Shown here: one piece after another, positions 36,945-50,174 of the stretch
Layout: every line of letters starts with the position of its first letter
Numbering within the stretch: the stretch's first letter is position 1
NCBI GenBank assembly: GCA_021806615.1
Contig: JAJZRB010000001.1
Span: forward strand, 79,024 to 143,023
Direction: 5' to 3'
DNA: 64,000 nucleotides
DNA from: a bacterium
GTDB taxonomy: Bacteria > Patescibacteriota > Patescibacteriia > Patescibacteriales > UBA12465
Translations under genes and position numbers: made by a program
The notes under the pieces: model-generated
Told to the model about the DNA's origin: nothing
Database searches by the model: none
The model's input: the letters and a program-made list of their open reading frames with translations, nothing else

Positions 36945-38204
36945 TCAGCCCGACCATAGAGCGCTCTGTTTATCCGGCCGGTTATCATCGGAAAAAATAT
37001 TGATTTCACCGTATTGCCCGTCGAATCCGGGCTTGATAATCAGCTGCCCGGATCTAGCCCGTTTCAAGCCTTCAATGATTCTAAAGTCAATTTCTTTGCT
37101 AATTTTAGATAAATCTAAATTAAGCAAAATATATAGTTCATTGCCGTATTTATTGATCAGAGACCGATACTGTTTCTCCACCGCTATAGAGTGGCGGCTC
37201 TTTATATTTAAAGCTTCTGCTATAATCTTATCTAATTCTACGATTTTTTTAAAGGGAACGGCTCCTGCCGGACAAAAACCGGCTGGATGGTCGGCTAATT
37301 CTTCTACTCTATTAAGAACGCCGATAATAAGCGGCTTGTGACAAACGGGGCAAATGTTTTTTAGGCGCCGGCTCTCTGACGGCTCACAGCTGAATCGGCA
37401 ATCGCGATGACCGTCAAAATGGTACATGCCTTCCTCTGGATAAAATTCAAGCGTCATTTCCATCCCTGTTTTATATTTTATATTATCATAAATCTTCTGA
37501 TAAGTAGGCACTCCGTCAAAATTCATGATATTCGCCTCACGCCCGATATTCGCCAAGCTGTGAGCGTCAGAATTGGATAAAACCGTGAGTTTGTCTAGGC
37601 CGGATAGGCGCCAATTCATGGCCGGATCGCTGGACAGGCCGGTTTCTATGGCGTAGATATGGCCAGCCTGGTCTTGGAAACATTCTTTTAGAGAATCAAA
37701 GCCGGATTTAGAACCAAAAACAGAAAACCAAGGAGTCCAAATATGCGCCGGATAGATGAGAAAACGTTCATTGATGTTCAAGACGAGCTTTACTAGCTCC
37801 GGTGCGCTCATCCCCAAGATGGGGCGGCCGTCAGAACGGATATTAAATTCTTTATCCAGCTGTTTATTCAACTCTTGAACGGCAGCAAGATCGGGGGCGT
37901 GAAGGACTATATGCAGACGGCGGGCCCGTCCGGCGTCCTTATAAATCAAGGAAACTTCGGTGCTTAAGATGAATTTTATTTTATCATCCGACGCGTTTTT
38001 TAATTTATACAAGCCGGCGCCAGGCGCGATTTCCGCCAACTCTTGCTTTATAGATTCAAACCAGGCCGGATAGGTAAAATCGCCGGTCGCGATAATATCT
38101 ACACCCTTGATTCGGCAGGTATTCTCGATATTAGCCAAAGTCAATCTCGGCGAACAAGCGCGAGAATAGCGGGAATGAATATGTAGGTCCAGGACCTGCT
38201 TCAT
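36945..38204 (-). CDS. Endonuclease Q-like PHP-domain nuclease with zinc ribbon
   Basis: LDLHIHSRYSRACS, ATGD, PAHIWTPWFS, LSNSDAHS, CRFSC...CPVCHKPL zinc ribbon and a C-terminal LIIKPGFDGQYGEINIF; colinear with archaeal EndoQ (TIGR00375). Confidence 0.65.
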   Translation of the reverse strand: MKQVLDLHIHSRYSRACSPRLTLANIENTCRIKGVDIIATGDFTYPAWFESIKQELAEIAPGAGLYKLKNASDDKIKFILSTEVSLIYKDAGRARRLHIVLHAPDLAAVQELNKQLDKEFNIRSDGRPILGMSAPELVKLVLNINERFLIYPAHIWTPWFSVFGSKSGFDSLKECFQDQAGHIYAIETGLSSDPAMNWRLSGLDKLTVLSNSDAHSLANIGREANIMNFDGVPTYQKIYDNIKYKTGMEMTLEFYPEEGMYHFDGHRDCRFSCEPSESRRLKNICPVCHKPLIIGVLNRVEELADHPAGFCPAGAVPFKKIVELDKIIAEALNIKSRHSIAVEKQYRSLINKYGNELYILLNLDLSKISKEIDFRIIEGLKRARSGQLIIKPGFDGQYGEINIFSDDNRPDKQSALWSG

Positions 38205-38224
38205 AATTTATATAAGCCAAACGC

Positions 38225-38977
38225 TCAGACGTCAGGAATAAGGCTTTCCGCCACCTTCAGCTCTTCCAGGCTGTTTATTCCCATGGCCTCATGTGCCTCG
38301 ATATTTATCGTGCCGACCGTATGCCCTTCGGAAAAAGCGATTTGGACCAAATCAGTAAGGTAATATTCCCGCTGCTTATTTTCCGCTTTCAGCCGGACGA
38401 TATTATCAAAAAGCCAATTCTTATTGAAGCACATGAAACCGGGATTGACTTCGGTAATGAGCTTTTCCTCTTCGCTCGCGTCTTTGAATTCGACGATCGC
38501 CTCCACGTCGCCGCTGGCGTCGCGCACTATGCGCCCCCAATGGTAAAAATTCTGATGCCAACCCTCAAAATCAGATAGTTGGGTAGGCATGATAGTCAGG
38601 GCTTCAATGTCGACGGCGGAAAATTTCCGGATTGACTCGGTTTTTAAAAAAGGATGGTCGCCATAAAGCACGATGATATTCTTAGCGTCCGGACTCTCGC
38701 GGCTGATGGTTTCTCGCGCGCAAGAAACAGCATGTCCGGTCCCTAGTTGTTCAGGCTGAATGACATATTCGACATTATAATTTTTCAGAGCTTGGCTGAT
38801 TATATCCAGATTATCTGGCGAGACAACGACTAAGGGGCGCGGATCGACACCGGCTGACGCCACTGAATCCATCAGATAAGAAATCATCGGGCGATCGCGC
38901 AGCGCCACCAATACTTTAGGCAGATCCGAATTCATGCGCGTGCCTTTACCGGCCGCTAAAATGATAATACGAGTCAT
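38225..38977 (-). CDS. Sugar-1-phosphate nucleotidyltransferase (GlmU N-terminal-domain-like, no acetyltransferase domain)
   Basis: IILAAGKGTRMNSDLPKVL signature; 250 aa; adjacent to a phosphohexomutase. Confidence 0.65.
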   Translation of the reverse strand: MTRIIILAAGKGTRMNSDLPKVLVALRDRPMISYLMDSVASAGVDPRPLVVVSPDNLDIISQALKNYNVEYVIQPEQLGTGHAVSCARETISRESPDAKNIIVLYGDHPFLKTESIRKFSAVDIEALTIMPTQLSDFEGWHQNFYHWGRIVRDASGDVEAIVEFKDASEEEKLITEVNPGFMCFNKNWLFDNIVRLKAENKQREYYLTDLVQIAFSEGHTVGTINIEAHEAMGINSLEELKVAESLIPDV

Positions 38978-39030
38978 ACGGGAATACTGGAGTTAGCCTC
39001 AAAGACTGACTAAACCAGGATTAAATAAAT

Positions 39031-39056
39031 AAAGGAAATCCATCTGAATTTCCTTT
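39031..39056 (-). terminator. Intrinsic terminator after the phosphohexomutase gene
   Basis: AAAGGAAAT-8 nt-ATTTCCTTT; a U-rich tract follows on the minus strand. Confidence 0.5.
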
Positions 39057-39107
39057 ATATTTTAACATTTTTATGATTCCGGAGCAACCACTAATCTAGA
39101 ATATTTT

Positions 39108-40532
39108 TTATTTAATATAAGCTAAAATTTTATTTTTTAATTCAGCAACGCGTTGAGCGGCCAAGGCCTCGGACCCTGCCTCGGCATAAATACGGATGAT
39201 CGGCTCTGTATTAGAAGCTCGCAAATGGATCCAGGAGTCCGGCCAATCGATTTTCAAGCCGTCAACATCGTTAACTTCTCCTGAAGAAGCATAATATTCT
39301 TTCGCTAAAAGTAAAATCGCCGGCCAATCTGTTTCTGGCTTTAATTCTAAACGGTCTTTAACCATAAAATATTTAGGGAAACGTTGGCTAAAAATAGAGG
39401 CTTTTTCACCGCTTTTAGCTAAAACGCTTAAGAATAAGGCTATACCGACAAGAGCATCCCGGCCATAATGAAGGGGCGCGAAGATTACGCCGCCATTACC
39501 CTCGCCGCCGATAGCCGCCCTTAACTCTTTCATCCTCTCCACGACATTTATCTCGCCAACGGCCGCAGCCTCATAACGGCCGCCGTGTTTTTCGGCAATA
39601 TCTCTCAAAGCCCTGGAAGAAGAAAGATTAGAGCTTGTCGTTTTCTCGTATTTCCCGGGGTAGGCTGCTTCGACGGTTGGAAAATTACCAAGGATATAAT
39701 CGGCGATCATCACTAATGTATATTCTTCGCTGATCATTTCTCCGTTCTCGTCGATGAATGCTAAACGATCGACGTCTGGATCAACGACGATGCCTAAATC
39801 GGCTTTGTTTTCTCTCACGGCTCGACTGATCTGCCCGAGATTCTCGGCTAAAGGCTCCGGCCGATGGGCAAATTTCCCGTTCGGCTCGCAATTTAATTCA
39901 ATAATATTCTTGAGACCCAGCATTTTTAATAATTCCGGCACGACCATGCCTCCGACAGAATTGATCCCATCCACGACTATCTTAAACTGGGATGCGGCAA
40001 TGGCTTTTCGTTCAACTAAAGGCAAGCTTAAAATAGCCTGCAAATGATCGGAGGCTAAGAAGGGATTAAAGACATAAGAACCTAGATTATTTTCCGGTAC
40101 AAAATCGAATATATTTTCTTCAATTAACTTAAGAGCCTCCCCTCCTTCAGCCGCAGAAAATATTTCTCCTCTTTCATTTAGTAATTTAAGAGCGTTCCAG
40201 CCAGATGGATTATGGCTAGCGGTGATGATGATGCCGCCTTGGGCTTCTTTTTGCTTGACGGCCATTTCTACGGTCGGGCTCGACGCCAAACCGATGTCAA
40301 TAACATTCAACCCCTGGCTCAACAACAAGCCGATAACCAGATCTTTCACCATTTCGCCCGATACCCGGCTATCTCGGCCGACAATTACCTGTATTTTCCG
40401 ATCAGGATATTTCTGCTTGAGAAGGGCGCCATAACCGCAGATACTATCCATTATATCAATCGGGGTCAAATTTTTTCCCGGCTGCCCGCCAATCGTACCG
40501 CGGATGCCGGAGATAGATTTAATAAGAGACAT
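39108..40532 (-). CDS. glmM: Phosphoglucosamine mutase / phosphohexomutase family
   Basis: TASHNPSGWNALK active-site serine loop of alpha-D-phosphohexomutases; 474 aa. Confidence 0.75.
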   Translation of the reverse strand: MSLIKSISGIRGTIGGQPGKNLTPIDIMDSICGYGALLKQKYPDRKIQVIVGRDSRVSGEMVKDLVIGLLLSQGLNVIDIGLASSPTVEMAVKQKEAQGGIIITASHNPSGWNALKLLNERGEIFSAAEGGEALKLIEENIFDFVPENNLGSYVFNPFLASDHLQAILSLPLVERKAIAASQFKIVVDGINSVGGMVVPELLKMLGLKNIIELNCEPNGKFAHRPEPLAENLGQISRAVRENKADLGIVVDPDVDRLAFIDENGEMISEEYTLVMIADYILGNFPTVEAAYPGKYEKTTSSNLSSSRALRDIAEKHGGRYEAAAVGEINVVERMKELRAAIGGEGNGGVIFAPLHYGRDALVGIALFLSVLAKSGEKASIFSQRFPKYFMVKDRLELKPETDWPAILLLAKEYYASSGEVNDVDGLKIDWPDSWIHLRASNTEPIIRIYAEAGSEALAAQRVAELKNKILAYIK

Positions 40533-40638
40533 AAATTTAAAAAATAGAGGGAGCGATTTAATTTTACCTCTATTTTGCCCCCTCTACAAATCAAATAGCG
40601 CCGGACGCGCTGCTTTTTACCAATTAAAAAACACCATT

Positions 40639-40757
40639 GTTCTGGCGGCGACCTACTTTCCCAGGGCTCAGGCCCAAGTATCATCGGCGCTGGAGGGCTT
40701 AACTTCTGAGTTCGGGATGGGATCAGGTGTGACCCCTCCGCTCAAAACCACCAGAAC
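40639..40757 (-). rRNA. rrf: 5S ribosomal RNA with flanking processing stem
   Basis: The reverse complement aligns with bacterial 5S (GTTCTGG...CCCATCCCGAACTCAGAAGTTAAGCCC...CCAGAAC). An 8-bp extension ACACCATT/AATGGTGT flanks both ends. Confidence 0.85.
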
Positions 40758-40899
40758 AATGGTGTCTTTTTACTCGCACTAATTTGTAATAATCAGCGGA
40801 TATATAGACCCTAACAGCAGCCGGGGCCGCCATTAGGTACCATTTGTAATATTGCGTATCAGGTAAAGAATCAGAAATACTTAAAAATAAAAGTGTGGG

Positions 40900-43920
<3,021 letters not shown>

Positions 43921-44097
43921 TGTGATTTTCCCACGCTTTTATTTTTAAAGCTACAAAAGCGTGTTTTGGCATCTTACTACAGCCCTTTGTATTCTTGACG
44001 AAAAATTAAGAAACAAAGGATAAGACGCCGATCTAAATTATATTTTTGATGTCTTTACTCTAACATTGATTGTTAAGGTGCTCACAAGGCGCAAAAA

Positions 44098-44115
44098 AAC
44101 CGCTGTAGGGCGGTT
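44098..44115 (-). terminator. Terminator-like hairpin in the rRNA upstream region (minus strand)
   Basis: AACCGC-cctaca-GCGGTT followed by 7 U on the minus strand; lies between pilT/promoter and 23S. Confidence 0.35.
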
Positions 44116-44224
44116 CTAAATAATCGTAAAATAGACAATTAATTTAGAATCGCTTATGAAAACGGAAACGTAAGTTTTTTATCATATTATTCTGGCTTTT
44201 ACAGCCCTGTTAAAACTGATAACA

Positions 44225-44252
44225 ATTATAACCTTTTTAAAAATAATGTCAA
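44225..44252 (-). promoter_or_regulatory. Strong sigma70 consensus promoter oriented toward the 23S-5S operon
   Basis: On the minus strand: TTGACA, 16-nt spacer, TATAAT, with an AT-rich UP-like tract upstream. Confidence 0.5.
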
Positions 44253-44325
44253 GGGCTGATTTATATATGAAAAATGGCCTAAATTAGGACATTTTTGCTC
44301 TAAGCTTTTTGACGGTTTTTATGGT

Positions 44326-45384
44326 TTAATCATCTAAGAGCCGGGCGTCCTCCATATTCCTCTCAGCCGTTTCCCGGCTGATTTCTCCGGCCTGATAAAG
44401 CTCTTTGATGTGCCTATCCAAAGTAACCATTCCGATAGCGGAATTAGTCTCTATAGCGCTCCTAATCTGGGCGATTTTCCCCTCACGGATCAAATTAGCG
44501 ACCGCCGGATTATTAATCAGGATTTCGCGGGCGGCTATCCGGCCTCCATTCTTCCTAGGCAATAAGCGCTGCGAAATAACGGCCGACAAGACATTAGACA
44601 ATTGCGACTTGATCTGTCCCTGCTGATAAGGAGGAAAAATATCGATAATGCGGTCCACTGTCTGGGCGGCGCTATAAGTATGGAGAGTAGCTAGTACTAA
44701 ATGGCCGGTCTCGGCTAAAGTCACGGCCGCGGCTATAGTTTCCAAGTCGCGCATTTCGCCGAGCATGATGACATTCGGGTCTTGGCGCAAGATATGTTTC
44801 AGACCGCTCCCGAAGCTGAGCATATCAGTCCCTAGTTGCCTTTGCAGGATGATGCTCTTATCCGGAGTAAAGATATATTCGATCGGGTCTTCTAGGGTAA
44901 TGATGTGCCGGCTATGGAGGCTATTGATATGGTTTATCATCGCCGCCAAAGTAGTGGACTTGCCGCAGCCGGTCGGACCAGTTACTAAGATGAAGCCCTG
45001 CGGCAGGTCTAATAACTCTTCAACGACTGGCGGCATGCCGATTTCAGCTAAAGTGGGCAATTCGGCCTTGATTACCCGCGCGGTAATCGTAATATTATTT
45101 TTTTCATAGGCGCAATTTATCCGATAGCGATAATCTTCTACTTGATAGCTCAAATCTAAGTCGCGTTTATTTAAAAAATTAGATTTTTGTTCTTTGGTCA
45201 GCATGGTCTCTAGAAATCCCTCCAGATCTCGAGCGCTGAGTTTAGGAAAATCATCTCTACCGACCACTTTATTCAGATTAAAAAGCTCGCCATCGATCCT
45301 CAGAATCGGCGGATAATCTAATAGAAGATGGATATCCGAGGCTTTTTTCTCGGCCGCTAGCTTTAAAAGATTATTAATATCCAT
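44326..45384 (-). CDS. pilT: Type IV pilus twitching-motility ATPase PilT
   Basis: GPTGCGKSTTLAAMI Walker A; PilT-specific AIRNLIRE-like motif (AVANLIREGK); 352 aa. Confidence 0.85.
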   Translation of the reverse strand: MDINNLLKLAAEKKASDIHLLLDYPPILRIDGELFNLNKVVGRDDFPKLSARDLEGFLETMLTKEQKSNFLNKRDLDLSYQVEDYRYRINCAYEKNNITITARVIKAELPTLAEIGMPPVVEELLDLPQGFILVTGPTGCGKSTTLAAMINHINSLHSRHIITLEDPIEYIFTPDKSIILQRQLGTDMLSFGSGLKHILRQDPNVIMLGEMRDLETIAAAVTLAETGHLVLATLHTYSAAQTVDRIIDIFPPYQQGQIKSQLSNVLSAVISQRLLPRKNGGRIAAREILINNPAVANLIREGKIAQIRSAIETNSAIGMVTLDRHIKELYQAGEISRETAERNMEDARLLDD

Positions 45385-45434
45385 AAAAATAAGCTATTTA
45401 TAAAATATATCAAGGCAAGGCCCAGCTAGTTTCC

Positions 45435-46133
45435 CTACCAACCCATTTTTTTAATCCCTTTAGCGGCGGCGGCGACTTGGGCTTCTTGCTTGGATGATCC
45501 TTGGCCGATAGCAACCTGCTCCTCGCCTAAATATAAGCCGACAGTGAAGACCTTGGCATGATCCGGCCCCTCTTCATTCAATATCTGATAATGTGGCGTG
45601 ACTCCGCGCACTTCTTGAGCTTTCTCCTGAAAATGTGATTTCGGGTCAAGATATGATTGATTCTTTAAAATATCATCTAATTTAGAGACGACGCGGGCCA
45701 GAATAAATTTTTTAGCGATGCTTATCCCCTGGTCAAGGTACATCGCGCCGATAATCGCTTCAATCGCGTTAGCTAAAATAAATTGCCGGGATTTTTTATT
45801 CTTATCGCGTGATTCGCCTTTAGATAGATATAAAAACTCCTCAATGCCTAATTCTTTAGCGATCTCGTAAAGCATCTTAGCGTTAACTAGGGAAGCGCGC
45901 CAGTTAGTCAGGTCTCCTTCCGGCGTTTCCGGAAAATTCAAGTATAGGAATTCCGTAACGACGATCTCTAAGACGGCATCCCCCAAGAACTCCAGGCGTT
46001 CATTATGGCCGATCTTAAAATCTGGATGTTCGTTTAAATAAGAGCGATGGACCATCGCCTGTTTTAATAAGCTGTCGTCCTTAAACTTTACTCCCAATCT
46101 TTTTTGTAATTTGCTTGAATCATTGATGCTCAT
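45435..46133 (-). CDS. rnc: Ribonuclease III
   Basis: ERLEFLGDAVL catalytic signature plus C-terminal dsRBD; 232 aa. Confidence 0.85.
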   Translation of the reverse strand: MSINDSSKLQKRLGVKFKDDSLLKQAMVHRSYLNEHPDFKIGHNERLEFLGDAVLEIVVTEFLYLNFPETPEGDLTNWRASLVNAKMLYEIAKELGIEEFLYLSKGESRDKNKKSRQFILANAIEAIIGAMYLDQGISIAKKFILARVVSKLDDILKNQSYLDPKSHFQEKAQEVRGVTPHYQILNEEGPDHAKVFTVGLYLGEEQVAIGQGSSKQEAQVAAAAKGIKKMGW

Positions 46134-46166
46134 AAAAGAGCAGCGCCCGATCCCGGGCGCTGGTTA

Positions 46167-46694
46167 TTAACTCGCCGCCTTCTCTCCATCGTCTCCCGCT
46201 CCATCGGCCTTCCCAGAACCGGCCATATTTTCAGCTTCTATCTTGGCCGCCTCTATTTCCTCTTTATTGTCCCGCGTCTGTATTTCCGGCTCATCATTGT
46301 ATAAGGCGCCTAAAACGCCGTTGATAAATTTTCCGGAGGCATCGCTGCCGAAACTCTTGGCTACTTCAATCGCCTCATTAATCGCTACGCGCGGCGGAAT
46401 GTCTGTGAATAATAATTCATAGATCCCGAGGCGCAAGATATTACGATCCACGATAGTTATCTGATCCAAGGGCCATTCAGTCGCATATTTGACGATGTAT
46501 CTATTGATAGTCGCTAAATTGTCACGAACGCCAATGACCAGATTCTTAACGAATCCGCCGTCATCGAAATTAGGGGCGAAGTTAGCGAAATTATCAGCTA
46601 TGAGATGTTCGATATCGCCATCTTTCTGGCCATTAAAATCCCAGGCAAACAGAGTTTGCAGGGCGATGGTCCGCGCTAAATGACGATTGGACAT
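46167..46694 (-). CDS. nusB: Transcription antitermination factor NusB with an acidic C-terminal extension
   Basis: RHLARTIALQTLFAWDF N-terminus; 175 aa with an extra ~35-aa tail. Confidence 0.75.
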   Translation of the reverse strand: MSNRHLARTIALQTLFAWDFNGQKDGDIEHLIADNFANFAPNFDDGGFVKNLVIGVRDNLATINRYIVKYATEWPLDQITIVDRNILRLGIYELLFTDIPPRVAINEAIEVAKSFGSDASGKFINGVLGALYNDEPEIQTRDNKEEIEAAKIEAENMAGSGKADGAGDDGEKAAS

Positions 46695-46699
46695 AAAAA

Positions 46700-46897
46700 T
46701 TATTTCTTCTTAACCGCCTTCAATTTTACTTTGACGACTTCTTTGCCTCGGTAAGAGCCGCAAGCGGCGCAAGCGGTGTGAGGCTTAATAGCCTGACCGC
46801 ATTTCGGACATTTATTCAAAACTGTTTTTTTAAGGGCTAAATGAGAGCGTCCTTTATGGGTCGCACTATGGGTCTTTCTTTTTTTAGGGTTGGCCAT
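46700..46897 (-). CDS. rpmF: 50S ribosomal protein L32
   Basis: MANPKKRKTHSATHKGRSH...CPKCGQ...CAACGSYRG zinc-ribbon L32 pattern; 65 aa. Confidence 0.7.
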   Translation of the reverse strand: MANPKKRKTHSATHKGRSHLALKKTVLNKCPKCGQAIKPHTACAACGSYRGKEVVKVKLKAVKKK

Positions 46898-46967
46898 ATA
46901 ATTTTAATTTTGATTAAATAAGTCAATCTAACTTCAGTATAACCGAATACGCCTATTAGTCAATAAA

Positions 46968-48797
46968 TTAAGCGGCTTTTGGCTTCGGACCGACCAGATT
47001 TTCAAATTCGGTTTTCTCAATAGTTTCTTTTTCAAGAAGCGCTGCGACGATACTCTCTAATTGCGTTCTATGTTCGACGATGATAGTCTTGGCCTCCTCT
47101 TCACCGGCCTTAATAAAATTAGCGATTTCTTCATCTATCTTTTCAGCGACCTTCTCGCTGTAATCCCGCTGTTCATGTATCTCTCGGCCCAAAAAGATCA
47201 TTTCTTCCTTTTCGCCATAAGTACGCGGCCCGAGCTTATCGCTCATGCCATAGTCAGTCACTAGGCTGCGCGCTAAAGCTGTTGCCCGGCGCAAGTCGGA
47301 AGTCGCCCCGGTCGTCACTTCGCCAAAAATATCCTTCTCTACCAGATGGCCGGCCAAGAGAACGGCAATTTCCGAAATGAATTCTGATTTAGCGTGCATA
47401 TGGCGGTCCTCGGAAGGGACTTTCAAAGTATAGCCGCCGGCAGAGCCGCGCGCGATAATAGAAACTTTGTGGACCGGATCGGCTGTGGGCGAGAAATGCG
47501 CTACCAAGGCGTGTCCGGCTTCATGATAAGCGGTGATCTTCTTTTCCTTTTCAGTAATCACCCGGCTCTTGCGCTCTGGCCCGATCATAACCTTTTCGAT
47601 CGCTTCGAATAAATCTTCATTGACTATCTCTTTCCTGCCGCTGCGTGCGGCTAAGATAGCGGCTTCATTCAGGATATTGGCTAAATCAGCGCCAGAAAAA
47701 CCGGCCGTGCGTTCGGCGATAGTTTTAAGATTAGCTTCTTTAGCCAGCGGTTTGCGGCGGGAATGGACGCGCAAAATAGCCTCTCTATCTTTCAAATCGG
47801 GCAAATCGATGACTACGCGCCTGTCAAAGCGGCCGGGGCGCAATAAGGCCGGGTCTAAAACATCAGGACGGTTAGTGGCGGCGATGACGATAATATTTTG
47901 AGTCGGCTCAAAACCATCCATTTCCACTAAAATTTGATTAAGAGTCTGCTCCCGTTCATCATGACTGCCGCCAAGTCCCGCTCCGCGGCGGCGGCCAACC
48001 GCATCAATCTCATCTATGAATAAAATACAAGGAGCGCTCTTTTTCGCTTTCTGGAACAAGGAACGAACACGTGAAGCGCCGACGCCGACAAACATCTCCA
48101 CGAATTCTGAACCTGACATATGGAAGAACGGGACCTGAGCCTCGCCGGCTACGGAACGGGCCAGCAAAGTCTTGCCGGTACCCGGCGCGCCCAATAATAA
48201 GACGCCGCGCGGTATTTTCGCTCCTAACTCATGGAATTTCTTAGGATATCGTAAAAATTCTACTATTTCCGCCAATTCCTCCTTAGCCTCTTTCGCTCCG
48301 GCCACGTCTTTGAAGGTCACGCGAGATTTTTCATCCGGCGCGAAATCCTTGGCCGTAGATTGCCCGAAGCTCATCGCTCTAGAGTTAGCGTTCTGTAAGC
48401 CGCGCATCATGAAATACAAGAATACTCCGACCAATAAGAACGGCAAGACAAAAGGGATGATATTCGCCAGCCAATAGTCTAAGCCGCTTTCATCCTTGAC
48501 GGAGATGCTGACTCCGACCATTTTCGACGGATCGACCTTGAAATTATTTAGCAAAGTAGAGAAAGAATCAACCGCCTCCTTCTGCGCCATCTCCTTTTTT
48601 CCATCTTTCAGGGTCACATTTATCTTATTGCCGACGACGACGATATCCGAAACCTGCCCGGAATTAATCTGGCTGATCAGAGTTTCTAAACCGACAGTCT
48701 CGGCCTTGTCTCCCTGGGTGGCGAAGGAACTGAAAATCGCGGCGATAATCAAAAAAACGATAAAGAATATGGCGAAATTTTTAATTAATTTTTTCAT
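46968..48797 (-). CDS. ftsH: ATP-dependent zinc metalloprotease FtsH
   Basis: [11 protein letters not shown] Walker A, second region of homology (SRH), and HEAGHA zinc motif; 609 aa. Confidence 0.9.
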   Translation of the reverse strand: MKKLIKNFAIFFIVFLIIAAIFSSFATQGDKAETVGLETLISQINSGQVSDIVVVGNKINVTLKDGKKEMAQKEAVDSFSTLLNNFKVDPSKMVGVSISVKDESGLDYWLANIIPFVLPFLLVGVFLYFMMRGLQNANSRAMSFGQSTAKDFAPDEKSRVTFKDVAGAKEAKEELAEIVEFLRYPKKFHELGAKIPRGVLLLGAPGTGKTLLARSVAGEAQVPFFHMSGSEFVEMFVGVGASRVRSLFQKAKKSAPCILFIDEIDAVGRRRGAGLGGSHDEREQTLNQILVEMDGFEPTQNIIVIAATNRPDVLDPALLRPGRFDRRVVIDLPDLKDREAILRVHSRRKPLAKEANLKTIAERTAGFSGADLANILNEAAILAARSGRKEIVNEDLFEAIEKVMIGPERKSRVITEKEKKITAYHEAGHALVAHFSPTADPVHKVSIIARGSAGGYTLKVPSEDRHMHAKSEFISEIAVLLAGHLVEKDIFGEVTTGATSDLRRATALARSLVTDYGMSDKLGPRTYGEKEEMIFLGREIHEQRDYSEKVAEKIDEEIANFIKAGEEEAKTIIVEHRTQLESIVAALLEKETIEKTEFENLVGPKPKAA

Positions 48798-48905
48798 GGT
48801 TTATTTTAGTTAATTTTATATCTATTATAGAATAAATAATACACTTTGGCAATGCTAAAAATGCCCATTTTATGGGCATTTTTAGAATATCATGACGATC
48901 TATAA

Positions 48906-50174
48906 TTACTTGGACTTTTTCACCGCCTTAGACTTTTTCTCTGTTTTTAATACGTCTGTAGCGGCCGGCTCCTTCTTGTCCGTTTTTTTAGATTTGACTG
49001 GCTTGCCAGCTATTTCTTCTTTCGGAGCCTCAACGCCCTTTTCTTCTGTTTCTTGTTTCTGGCTGGCAAGGCTCTTCTTGCCTGCGTCCTCTCCGGCTAA
49101 TTTCAAGCCGAGGCGATGCTCGCTCGGAGAAATGCTCACTACCTCAAAATTTTTATTTTCATCGGCTTGGAACAATTCGCTGATTTTGTCCTTGGCCCCC
49201 AGATTCAGCTGACTGATATGAGCTAAACCATGGATCTCTTCATCTAATTTAACGAACAATCCGAAAGGATTGACTTTAAGGATGGTCCCGGGGACAACCT
49301 GCCCGATCTGATATTTGGCGCTAGCCTCGAGCCAAGGATCTTTCAATAATTTCTTAGCGCTCAAGAACACTTTGGCGCCATCGATAGATATGATCTCCGC
49401 CTTTATCCGATCGCCGACCTTATACATCTCGCTTGGCGAATCTATCCGCTGCCAGGCTAACTCGGAAATATGGATGAGCCCTTCGATATTTTCACCGAAA
49501 GAAACGAAGACACCGAAATTAGTAATGGCTGTAATCCGTCCGTCGACGATAGTGCCGATCTGATATTTGTCCAGGGCCGGCTTTTGTTTTTTATTCCAGA
49601 CATCTTTTTCGCTGAAGATGACCTTGCTGTCCTCTTCGCTCAGAGTAATAACGGCCACTTCAAATTCTTGCCCGACGAATGATTTTAATTTTTCTAAAAT
49701 TTTGCTCTTATCGCCGCCGGAGATGCGCGGATAATTTTCCGGCGCTAACTGAGAAACCGGCAAGAAACCGTCTATCTGGCAATAACGGCTTAAAAGACCG
49801 CCCTTGTTAGCGTCAGTGATTTTAACTTTGACGGTCGTCTTGTCTTTCAAGGCTTGGCGTAATTGCACCCAGGCTTTTTCCTGGCCGACTAAACGGAACG
49901 ATAACTCCAATTCGCCGTTTTCGTTCTCCGCATCAATGACTGCGGCCTCAGCCTCATCTCCAGGCTTCAGATTGGCGAATTCCGGTACTTCATTATAAAG
50001 CTCCGGGCCGCGGATGATGCCCATGAGAACGCCGTCAACGTCTAATTTCACTTCCGCCTTAGAAGCGGCGACGACTACTCCCCGGACGATATCGCCGACC
50101 TGGGGAATCTTGATATTATCTTTTTCTAACAGCTTGGCAAACTCGTCGGCCTGCTCTTGCTTCTTATCTTCCAT
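48906..50174 (-). CDS. rpsA: 30S ribosomal protein S1 (four S1 repeats) with a Lys-rich C-terminal tail
   Basis: Repeated GxV(x)G...GLxH S1-domain pattern; C-terminus KKSKAVKKSK. Confidence 0.8.
   Translation of the reverse strand: MEDKKQEQADEFAKLLEKDNIKIPQVGDIVRGVVVAASKAEVKLDVDGVLMGIIRGPELYNEVPEFANLKPGDEAEAAVIDAENENGELELSFRLVGQEKAWVQLRQALKDKTTVKVKITDANKGGLLSRYCQIDGFLPVSQLAPENYPRISGGDKSKILEKLKSFVGQEFEVAVITLSEEDSKVIFSEKDVWNKKQKPALDKYQIGTIVDGRITAITNFGVFVSFGENIEGLIHISELAWQRIDSPSEMYKVGDRIKAEIISIDGAKVFLSAKKLLKDPWLEASAKYQIGQVVPGTILKVNPFGLFVKLDEEIHGLAHISQLNLGAKDKISELFQADENKNFEVVSISPSEHRLGLKLAGEDAGKKSLASQKQETEEKGVEAPKEEIAGKPVKSKKTDKKEPAATDVLKTEKKSKAVKKSK

Noticed and set aside
44037-44065. Second, weaker promoter candidate for the rRNA operon (TGTTAG-17-TATAAT on the minus strand)
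   Set aside because: Poor -35 match. Kept only as an alternative in the rRNA-leader finding rather than as a feature.
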